Below, piece by piece: positions 10,375 to 18,086 of a stretch of 20,000 bases of DNA; positions within the stretch are counted from its first letter, which is position 1, and each line of letters opens with the position of its first letter. The stretch is from IMG/VR virus record IMGVR_UViG_3300031963_000096; one strand, 5' to 3'. The notes under the pieces are model-generated. The model did no database searches, had not been told where the DNA came from, and saw nothing but the letters and a program-made list of their open reading frames with translations. The stretch is from an uncultured virus (IMG/VR IMGVR_UViG_3300031963_000096). Its lineage: Duplodnaviria; Heunggongvirae; Uroviricota; Caudoviricetes. Position numbers and translations under genes: made by a program.

Positions 10375-10973
10375 TGGGTACCTCTGTACATCAATCACAA
10401 AATACGATCATCGAAAACGATGATTATAATCCAAATACTGAAAATGATGCTTGGAATATTCGAAGAAGATATGTTGGATTAGCTGCCATTTGGAGTAATC
10501 CAAACGCTGGAGATACTGGTTGTGCTAGAACGCAAACATATAGTACGTCCATAAGAGTTAGAAAATTTTCAGATGCTGGAAGACCTTATAGTGATGGTAC
10601 TATTCTTGGTCTTACTGTAAGACAGCCTGTAGACAATCAAGAAATTTTAGCTACAGATTTAGATAATGCAAGACGAATTATCAATGAAGGTGTTGCAGCT
10701 GTAAATCAATCTTTTTTAAATTCAACAACTGGATTTATTAATCCAGCTTCTGGGTATGCAAGTCGAGATCAAGAAATTTTAGCTTCACACATCAATAATT
10801 TAATTAATACTATTATAATCACAGAAACTAAGTTAGACATATACAATTCATATTATGATGGAGCTGACTTATGTCAAAGAAGTTGCCAAATACAATGTCA
10901 GACAGCATGCCAAACAAGTTGTCAAGGATGTAATACTTCACAATGCCACAATCAAAAATGTGGAGTGCATTGA
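10374..10973 (+). CDS. 199-aa protein with C-terminal Cys-rich CQxx-repeat tail; putative radical SAM substrate/precursor
   Basis: Ends CQRSCQIQCQTACQTSCQGCNTSQCHNQKCGVH (8 Cys in the last 33 aa). The start overlaps the rSAM1 stop (TAATG), and the gene sits between rSAM genes. The N-terminal part has repeated QEILA.....N motifs. Confidence 0.85.
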   Translation: MGTSVHQSQNTIIENDDYNPNTENDAWNIRRRYVGLAAIWSNPNAGDTGCARTQTYSTSIRVRKFSDAGRPYSDGTILGLTVRQPVDNQEILATDLDNARRIINEGVAAVNQSFLNSTTGFINPASGYASRDQEILASHINNLINTIIITETKLDIYNSYYDGADLCQRSCQIQCQTACQTSCQGCNTSQCHNQKCGVH

Positions 10974-10974
10974 T

Positions 10975-12300
10975 ATGTTTGATGTAATTTCCAAAGTAAC
11001 ATTAAAACTCAGCACATATTGTAATTTAGCTTGTGAGTATTGTCATCAAATGACTGATGATAAAAAACATCATGTTACTTTTGAAAAATATAAAGAAATG
11101 TATGACTTTTTACTAAAGACAAATTTGTCTGATGTTGTTGAAGTAACTTTAACTGGTGGAGAAATTTCCCTTTTAGAAGAAGAATATGAAACAGCTGTAA
11201 AATGGTTCAGAAAGATTGAAAGACAGAGAGATGTAAAGTTTACTTTTGCTGTTGTTTCAAATGGTACAAATATAAAACAATTATTTAAATTAATAAAACA
11301 AGGTGATTTAAATCCTAAAAGAACAACAATTAGTTGGGATGGATTATACACCATGTCAAAGAGTCGTAAAAGTAAATTTGAAAAATTCAATGATGATTTC
11401 TTTAAAAATGTTGTTACTGAAATTGGCCAAAGTCCATGGGCAAAGCAATTAAACATTACACATGCAATAACACCTACTACCATCCCTTATTTACACGATA
11501 GTTTAGTTTTTGCTTTAGATGCTGGTGTAAAAAATTTTGGTTTTTATTATATACATGAAGCCGATTATAGCGACAAAGAATTTTTAAAAATTTATGATGA
11601 ACAAGTTACAAAATTAGGTGAAGAATTTGTAAAACGATATGAAGATTTGTCAACAAGATTTGTTTATTATAATTGGCAATTATTATATGCTAAAGAAAAT
11701 TTGCCAACAGATAACAAAGAATTAATGAGAGCCACAACTCTTTGTCACAAATTAGGAAGAACGGTGCATTTTGACCCATTAGGTGACATTTATGGTTGTA
11801 TTTATTTTGGAGACCATAGAGCTCTAAAACTAGGTGATTTGGAAAATGGTAATATAGATAAAACGAAATATCAAAAATTTAGTGATCAATACTTCGAAAT
11901 GCCAGGTTGCAAATTAGATAGTTGTGGCAATTCACATTGTTTTGAATGTCCAGCAAGTAACTATGTACATAAAGGAAAAATGGCGAATAGATTTAGTAAC
12001 ACATGCGAAATGTTATCTATTGAAAAAAGAATTTACTATGATTTAAAACCTAAACTTAAAATAGATGAATTTGATAAAGCTTTTTATTGGATGGAAGAAG
12101 ATCATTTAGAACAAAAAAACTATGATGATAAGTATGAAACATATTTAAATGATATAGTAGGTATACCTTTAACTGAGGAAGCTTATGTTGAAGATGATGA
12201 GTACTCAAATAGATTAAGTCCAACGTATAAAAATGTTGTTACTTGGATGAAAAAAACTCCTAAGAAAAAAGAATTTACTCTAAATTTAGAAACCATATGA
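10975..12300 (+). CDS. Radical SAM/SPASM-like protein 2 (441 aa)
   Basis: Likely start is the ATG at 10975, 1 nt after the precursor TGA (MFDVISKVTLKLSTYCNLACEYC). Motifs LTGGEI, VSNGT and ISWDG are present. Auxiliary-cluster cysteines: LCHKLG...GDIYGCIY...CKLDSCGNSHCFECP...TC. Confidence 0.93.
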   Translation: MFDVISKVTLKLSTYCNLACEYCHQMTDDKKHHVTFEKYKEMYDFLLKTNLSDVVEVTLTGGEISLLEEEYETAVKWFRKIERQRDVKFTFAVVSNGTNIKQLFKLIKQGDLNPKRTTISWDGLYTMSKSRKSKFEKFNDDFFKNVVTEIGQSPWAKQLNITHAITPTTIPYLHDSLVFALDAGVKNFGFYYIHEADYSDKEFLKIYDEQVTKLGEEFVKRYEDLSTRFVYYNWQLLYAKENLPTDNKELMRATTLCHKLGRTVHFDPLGDIYGCIYFGDHRALKLGDLENGNIDKTKYQKFSDQYFEMPGCKLDSCGNSHCFECPASNYVHKGKMANRFSNTCEMLSIEKRIYYDLKPKLKIDEFDKAFYWMEEDHLEQKNYDDKYETYLNDIVGIPLTEEAYVEDDEYSNRLSPTYKNVVTWMKKTPKKKEFTLNLETI

Positions 12301-13586
12301 AAAAGAAGTTTTCAAAAATAGGTTCTAATATCAATCATGTTTATCTTATGATGACAGAGGCTTGTCCTTTAGATTGTGAATACTGTTACATAAAAGATAG
12401 AAAAACAAAAAACAATGTAAGTGATGAAGATATTGATACTTTAATAAATGCTTTTGAGTATCATACTCCTAGAATAATTTATTTTGGTGGAGAACCTTTA
12501 CTCGAAGTTGAACATATAAAAAGAGTTACTGAAAGATGGAAACATAGGTGTCAGTTTCAAGTTATAACTTCTGGATTAGTAAACTTCGATAAATTTGTTG
12601 ATGAAGTTTATTTACCTAATAAAGAAAAATTTGATATTCAAATATCTTGGGATGGTTTCGAAAATGACAACCGAGTTTTAAGAAATGGTAAAAATAAACA
12701 AGATAGAGTTATGGCCACCATATTAAGTACCTTAGAAATGGGTATACCTCTACAAGTAAGAAGTGTTATAAATGACGAAAATGTTGATAATCTCGTTAAG
12801 ATTTATGAGACCTATAGATATTTAAAACTTCAGTATCCACATTTGACGGGTGATATAACTATTGCTCATCAAAAACATTTCAAAGATGATTTTCCAGAAA
12901 AGTTTAGGCAACAATTTAAAACAACACTTGAAATAATTGAAGATGATATTAATAATGGTATAGAGCCTTATTTTCCATTAGAGTACATGAAAAAAATGAC
13001 TAGTGCGTTAAATGGAAGACATGTTAGTTCGTGTGATGCTGGAAATTATTTGGTTTTAAAACCAAGTGGCGCACTATATCCTTGTACAATATTAAGTCAA
13101 CAAAATGATGATGTTGATTTTATCATGGGTCATATTTCTGATAGAGACTTAGATTATGATATGATGGATAAAATGCGAAAGCCAAGTGAAGCTGAAATTT
13201 GCAAAACTTGTGGAGTTAGATCTGTATGTGATGGTGGTTGTCGATATGAAAGAGTTGCAAATTATGGTAAAGATTGGATGGGAAAAGTTTGTGGTTTTAC
13301 CTGTGGTGTTTCTGAAGCCTGGTTTCATGAAACAAAAAATTGGGTTTTAAACATGAATGAAAATGTTTATGAAAAAGTAATTCAGAGATTGGTATTATTT
13401 AATAATTGGGTTATTCATTATGATACTGGTCACCATGACGAAGCAAAAAAACACCAGACTTTTGATAGAGAACAATTGAAATTAGGTAAAAGATTAGATT
13501 TTTATAATTTTTATAAAGACACTACTGAGAAAAAGATTATACCTATTTTGCCATTGAGTAAAGAAAAAAATGTCTTTGTCACCTAA
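12297..13586 (+). CDS. Radical SAM/SPASM domain protein 3
   Basis: CPLDCEYC, YFGGEPLL and ISWDG. SPASM: SCDAG...GALYPCT...CKTCGVRSVCDGGCRYE...VC. ATGA overlap with the upstream stop. Confidence 0.95.
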   Translation: MKKKFSKIGSNINHVYLMMTEACPLDCEYCYIKDRKTKNNVSDEDIDTLINAFEYHTPRIIYFGGEPLLEVEHIKRVTERWKHRCQFQVITSGLVNFDKFVDEVYLPNKEKFDIQISWDGFENDNRVLRNGKNKQDRVMATILSTLEMGIPLQVRSVINDENVDNLVKIYETYRYLKLQYPHLTGDITIAHQKHFKDDFPEKFRQQFKTTLEIIEDDINNGIEPYFPLEYMKKMTSALNGRHVSSCDAGNYLVLKPSGALYPCTILSQQNDDVDFIMGHISDRDLDYDMMDKMRKPSEAEICKTCGVRSVCDGGCRYERVANYGKDWMGKVCGFTCGVSEAWFHETKNWVLNMNENVYEKVIQRLVLFNNWVIHYDTGHHDEAKKHQTFDREQLKLGKRLDFYNFYKDTTEKKIIPILPLSKEKNVFVT

Positions 13587-14802
13587 TTTTAAAAAATCTG
13601 TTGATGGTATCGCTAAAGTAGGTAGACAAAATAAAAGATTTGAAATATTTTTAAATCTTACCTATAAATGCCCTTTGAGATGTACTTATTGTTATGTGGA
13701 TTACAATAGGGCTCCTCCAATGACACAAGAGCAGGTTGATTATGTCATTGAAAAACTTCTCATTGAACCTAAAAAAACTGATATAAAGCTTGTCACCTTT
13801 TTTGGAGGTGAACCTGCTTTAGAGATGGACATCATAGAAAATACCTTAGACAAATATTCTCATGTTGAGAAAATAAAAAATGTTCATTTTGGAATCATAA
13901 CAAGTTTTTCTGTCAATCAAGATAGACTTTTAAAGTTACAAAAAAAATATCCAAAATTAGAAATAGCTATAAGTTTTGATGTTGATATGAAAGAAAGAGT
14001 CTTTATCAATAAAAAACAATTTGATTTATTAGGTGTGGCTAAGAAAAAATTTGATATTGATTTAGAAAAGATGAAAGAAAATAAAAATAATATTTTCTTT
14101 AATAAAGTTATTACAGGGCAAGAAACAGATTTATTTGGTGATTTGAAATGGCTTCACGATACTTATAGGGACTATAAATTATTTTATAGTTTATCGTTTA
14201 CGAAAACGCCTAAGTTTCCTTTTCATCCAGAAGGAAGAATAGAGGAAGGTTGGTATAAATATTTAAACTATATTTTTTCTAAGTATTTAACTAATGAAGT
14301 AGTATTTTTACCTATGTTAGTTTTACAATACTTAGATCGTTATTGGAAACAAAAAAAGAACACAGCCACTTCTGGTTGTGGTTTGGGTGGTGAATATTTT
14401 ATTGATAGTAATGGGACAGTTAGTCCATGCAGTATAAGTCATCATAGAACAGATTTAATGCTTTATCATGAAGGAAAGTTTCTCGACAATAATGAACACT
14501 TTCAAGAATTAGAAGATAGTTATTGGAACAATCCTACATGTCAGAAGTGTGAATATAAAGGTTTTTGTCCTGGCGGTTGCATGGTTTTTAGGTATACTGA
14601 AAATAACGATTACAATATACCAAATGAGGGCCAATGTATTTTGATGGAAGAAATTTTTAAGGCCTATGACAGATTTTTAAATGAACGTACAGAAAAAGAA
14701 ATAACTGAGTTAACTTTTATTCTAGCAAAAGATTTACAGAAATATCATTCGTATTGTCATCATGATGATGAACATATAGATTTACAAGCAATTTATAACT
14801 AA
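13570..14802 (+). CDS. Radical SAM/SPASM domain protein 4
   Basis: CPLRCTYC, FFGGEPAL and ISFD. SPASM: GCGLG...GTVSPCS...CQKCEYKGFCPGGCM...QC. 17-bp overlap with the upstream gene. Confidence 0.95.
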   Translation: MSLSPNFKKSVDGIAKVGRQNKRFEIFLNLTYKCPLRCTYCYVDYNRAPPMTQEQVDYVIEKLLIEPKKTDIKLVTFFGGEPALEMDIIENTLDKYSHVEKIKNVHFGIITSFSVNQDRLLKLQKKYPKLEIAISFDVDMKERVFINKKQFDLLGVAKKKFDIDLEKMKENKNNIFFNKVITGQETDLFGDLKWLHDTYRDYKLFYSLSFTKTPKFPFHPEGRIEEGWYKYLNYIFSKYLTNEVVFLPMLVLQYLDRYWKQKKNTATSGCGLGGEYFIDSNGTVSPCSISHHRTDLMLYHEGKFLDNNEHFQELEDSYWNNPTCQKCEYKGFCPGGCMVFRYTENNDYNIPNEGQCILMEEIFKAYDRFLNERTEKEITELTFILAKDLQKYHSYCHHDDEHIDLQAIYN

Positions 14803-14813
14803 GTGAGAACATT

Positions 14814-15965
14814 ATGCACATTTTTTTACCTGAATTAATATACAATGAAATAAAAGAAAATGATAAATTTAAATCTATTTACAATTCTTTAAATGATTTT
14901 TTTGATACAAAAACTAAGTGTTTAATTGATTACAATAATGAAATCAATAATGATGATTATTATAAAGATTTGAATGATTTTTTAAAGAAAAATTTATCAG
15001 AAAAAAATAATAAAATATGGAATTGTTTTAAAGTCTGTGTAGATTTTGATGAAAAAGATAGTAATAAAGATTGGGAAAAAATTAGAGAAGTAATTGATTC
15101 GTGCAAAAAAGACGATGATTTAGAAGTAAAATTGTATGCGTACTATATGGAAATGGCAAATACTGCTGATCATGAATCTGAAAAATGGATAGAAAATGTT
15201 GAAGAATCTTTAAAATTGTTCGATCAAAATAAAGATAAAGTTTTTGATACAAGATTGTATACAAAATTTTATTGGGATGTACACGAAAAAAATAATTTTT
15301 ATTTAAAAAATAAAAAAGAAAAAGATTTAATTGATGAATTTAAAAATTATCAAAAATTAGATTTAGAAACTAAAGATTTTATATTTTCAAAACATAATGA
15401 TACATACACTAAAGATATAATTAACCATAAAACAATATATACTGCAATTCAATTCTGGCATGCAAATTTAAATTCGGCGGAAAACGATCAAAAAAGTGCT
15501 GAATATGTTCTAAAAAAATTAGATGATAAAATTGCAAATTTAGATTTCAAATATAATTCTTTTAACATGCATTTAATGGAATGGCTATGGTTAAATTTTA
15601 AATGGCATTTAGATAGAGATAATATTCTAGCGGTTGATGTGGTAGAAATTATGATACAAATTGTTGAAGAAACATTAAAAAATAAAAATTACATGATAAG
15701 ATCTTTACGTCATCATAATTTTAATTATATTTCTAATTTTTTAATTTTAATGCAAAATTTAAATGAAGTTGAAAAAATCTTTGAAAAAGTGTTAGTAAAC
15801 TATGAAAGAAAATTAAACAAATTAAATTGGACAGAAAAAGAATATAAAGTTATTATTGATAATGATCTATCAATTACTAATAACTGGTGGAACGAAAGAA
15901 GTAGAACACTCAACAATTACAAAGAAAATATGATTTCTTCTATAAAAAATAAATTTTTAGGATAA
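14814..15965 (+). CDS. Hypothetical alpha-helical protein A (383 aa), paralogue of the next gene
   Basis: Long ORF in very AT-rich DNA, K/N/E/D/L/I/F/Y-rich. Starts MHIFLPELIYNEIKEN and ends IKNKFLG. No recognisable catalytic motif. Confidence 0.8.
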   Translation: MHIFLPELIYNEIKENDKFKSIYNSLNDFFDTKTKCLIDYNNEINNDDYYKDLNDFLKKNLSEKNNKIWNCFKVCVDFDEKDSNKDWEKIREVIDSCKKDDDLEVKLYAYYMEMANTADHESEKWIENVEESLKLFDQNKDKVFDTRLYTKFYWDVHEKNNFYLKNKKEKDLIDEFKNYQKLDLETKDFIFSKHNDTYTKDIINHKTIYTAIQFWHANLNSAENDQKSAEYVLKKLDDKIANLDFKYNSFNMHLMEWLWLNFKWHLDRDNILAVDVVEIMIQIVEETLKNKNYMIRSLRHHNFNYISNFLILMQNLNEVEKIFEKVLVNYERKLNKLNWTEKEYKVIIDNDLSITNNWWNERSRTLNNYKENMISSIKNKFLG

Positions 15966-15968
15966 AAA

Positions 15969-17174
15969 ATGTTAGTTTGGCTACCAGAAAATATCTATCA
16001 ATTAGTAAAAAATAATTCTGAATATATTTCAATAATTGAAGAATTAGAAAAAGTTTCTTTTGACGGAGAACTTTCTTCTACTGTACCTGAAAATACTCCA
16101 GAAACATGGCCTATCTATAGAAAATTATATTCATTTTTAAATTCTGTTGAGAAAAATGAGTACGAACAGATTACTTGGGAGTTGAATAAAATTCTATTTG
16201 ATAAGTTGTTTCTCGAAATAGATAATGAAAATTTTTCATATACAGACAAATTATTATCTTTAAAAGATACCTTAGTAAACATAAAAAATAAAATAGATTC
16301 TTTAGATGATTCTGTTATAAAAAACCTTCTAAAAATTAATTTTTTACAATATGAAATTTTAGCTTTGTCTGAAAATAATAGTTTTTTTTCTGCTGATTTG
16401 ATTGCAAAAAGGCAAGAATTGTTATCAACATTTGATTCGATTAAAAAAGAAAATGTGACTTATGATTCTGTAATAGATTATTTTGAAAATTATTTTAATC
16501 TATACATGGTAAATTTAATAAAAAATGAAAGTTTGGTGGTAAAATCTTTTAATGATTTACAATTAAATTTTAATAAATTTAGAATGGATCTTGATTTAAA
16601 AATTGATGAAGTAAAAAATTCATCAATTGAACACAACTACTTTAAACTTTTTGATGTTCTAAATTATTTAAAATTGTACTTTATAAACTTTTATTATGAA
16701 AGTTTTATACCAATGGTTAATTTAACTGATGATGAAAAATTGATAATTGACAAAAATATTGTAAAATATGCAAAGAGTGTAGATTTTAAATACAAAAATT
16801 TCAATATTATTACCTTACATTTTTATTGGATAAGAATGAAAATGTTTTTTTCATTTAAAGACTATGATCAGTTTTTAAAAGTTTTTAATGAAATGTGTCT
16901 ATATTTAAAGTTAAATTTAGATAATAATAAAAAAGATGTGATTAAATCTATAATTTTTCATACGCAATCTGACCACATAGATTTTTTAATTTTGATCAAA
17001 GTTTTATTAGAATTAGATGAGGAAATGAGTAAATTTTTTAAACAAGAAAAACAATTAGAAAATTTAAATTTATCTGAAAAAGATATTACTTTGATAAATG
17101 CAAATAATGATAACTATAAAAATTCATCTTACTTTTTTGATATTAATTTCATAAAGAATAGGTTCTATGGATAA
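15969..17174 (+). CDS. Hypothetical alpha-helical protein B (401 aa), paralogue of the previous gene
   Basis: Starts [16 protein letters not shown] and ends IKNRFYG. Lies 3 nt after the previous stop and overlaps erpA by 8 nt. Confidence 0.8.
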   Translation: MLVWLPENIYQLVKNNSEYISIIEELEKVSFDGELSSTVPENTPETWPIYRKLYSFLNSVEKNEYEQITWELNKILFDKLFLEIDNENFSYTDKLLSLKDTLVNIKNKIDSLDDSVIKNLLKINFLQYEILALSENNSFFSADLIAKRQELLSTFDSIKKENVTYDSVIDYFENYFNLYMVNLIKNESLVVKSFNDLQLNFNKFRMDLDLKIDEVKNSSIEHNYFKLFDVLNYLKLYFINFYYESFIPMVNLTDDEKLIIDKNIVKYAKSVDFKYKNFNIITLHFYWIRMKMFFSFKDYDQFLKVFNEMCLYLKLNLDNNKKDVIKSIIFHTQSDHIDFLILIKVLLELDEEMSKFFKQEKQLENLNLSEKDITLINANNDNYKNSSYFFDINFIKNRFYG

Positions 17175-17502
17175 TTCTCAAATTACGATAACAGATAATG
17201 CTGCCTTTAAAATTGCAGAAATTATAAAAGATTCTGAAGCTGAAGGTCAATTTATTAGAACTTTTGTTCAAGGAGGCGGTTGTTCTGGTTTTCAGTATGG
17301 TTTTACTTTTGAAAATGAAATAAATGATGATGATTTTGTGGTTGAAAAAAATGACATAAAATTACTCGTTGATAGTATGAGTATGACATATTTAACTGGT
17401 GCAAAAATAGATTACAAAGAAGATTTAAATGGATCACAATTTGTCATTGAAAATCCTAACGCTCAGTCCACATGCGGTTGTGGGAGTAGTTTCTCAGTTT
17501 AA
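17167..17502 (+). CDS. erpA: A-type iron-sulfur cluster carrier/insertion protein (ErpA; HesB/IscA/SufA family)
   Basis: [44 protein letters not shown] and a terminal [10 protein letters not shown]. All three conserved Cys are present in the 111-aa protein. Confidence 0.95.
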   Translation: MDNSQITITDNAAFKIAEIIKDSEAEGQFIRTFVQGGGCSGFQYGFTFENEINDDDFVVEKNDIKLLVDSMSMTYLTGAKIDYKEDLNGSQFVIENPNAQSTCGCGSSFSV

Positions 17503-17514
17503 ATTGCCAGTTTG

Positions 17515-17522
17515 ACTAAATA
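17515..17522 (+). promoter_or_regulatory. Possible T4-like late promoter (ACTAAATA; T4 consensus TATAAATA)
   Basis: Sits in the only sizeable intergenic gap (17503-17550), ~30 nt upstream of the resumed structural genes, and is followed by an AGGAG ribosome-binding site at 17540-17544. It is a short AT-rich motif, so chance occurrence is possible. Confidence 0.5.
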
Positions 17523-17550
17523 GACGATAAATGTCTTTTAGGAGTCTCAA

Positions 17551-17883
17551 TTGGCCGAATTTGTCGAACTAACCCTCGAACAGGGTGCAACTTTCAATAC
17601 AGTAATTAATGTAAATGATGGTACCGGCTCTCCTCAAAATCTAGTTGGATACACGGCACGCTCAATGATGCGCCGGTCCTACTATACTTCCTCATCCAAA
17701 GAATTTCAAGTTTCTGTTTCAACACCAGCCTTAGGTGAAATAACCATGTCTATGTCTGCGGCCAATACTGCAAATTTGACTCCAGGAAGATATGTTTATG
17801 ATGTGGAGATAGATGATGGTGCAGGTGAAGTTACAAGAATTTTTGAAGGTATTATTACCGTTTTGCCTAACGTAACGAGATAA
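17551..17883 (+). CDS. Conserved small phage structural protein (Ig-like / baseplate-upper-protein-N-like), TTG start
   Basis: AGGAG precedes the TTG. Pattern L.LEQGATF......D..G...NL.GYTARS.MRRSY...G.IT.S.SAA.TA.L.PGRYVYDVEI......V.RIFEGIITV.PNVTR is typical of T4-like aquatic phage structural regions. Confidence 0.8.
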   Translation: MAEFVELTLEQGATFNTVINVNDGTGSPQNLVGYTARSMMRRSYYTSSSKEFQVSVSTPALGEITMSMSAANTANLTPGRYVYDVEIDDGAGEVTRIFEGIITVLPNVTR

Positions 17884-17885
17884 AA

Positions 17886-18086
17886 ATGGCTATCACAGTA
17901 CAAGTAAAACCTAGAAAAACTACTATATCTTCTGTAACTGTTGCAAGAACAGCTAACCTCAATCTTGCACAAATTAATAATGTTGATATTATTACGCCTG
18001 CAAATAATCAAGTTTTGATGTATGAGACTGGTACTGAACGTTGGGTAAATAAAGAAATTCCAACAATTAGTGGCGGTACATTCTAA
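17886..18086 (+). CDS. Small tail-fibre-associated protein (66 aa)
   Basis: Contains the L..INNVD......NQVLMY......WVN fibre-type motif and ends ISGGTF. Lies 2 nt after the upstream stop, and its own stop overlaps the next ATG. Confidence 0.7.
   Translation: MAITVQVKPRKTTISSVTVARTANLNLAQINNVDIITPANNQVLMYETGTERWVNKEIPTISGGTF

Noticed and set aside
10855..10974. 40-aa N-terminal extension of rSAM2 in the ORF track
   Set aside because: It overlaps the Cys-rich core of the 199-aa gene in another frame. The ATG at 10975, directly after the TGA, fits the coupling pattern better.
14254..14261. Perfect T4 late promoter TATAAATA
   Set aside because: It lies inside rSAM4 coding sequence (W-Y-K-Y codons), ~550 nt from the next start, and is expected by chance in DNA this AT-rich.
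8950..14802. rSAMs as anaerobic sulfatase maturases, PqqE/MoaA/QueE or DNA-modification enzymes
   Set aside because: No sulfatase, pqq, moa, que or nucleotide-metabolism genes are nearby. The adjacent CxxxC-repeat protein is the more parsimonious substrate, though this is unproven.
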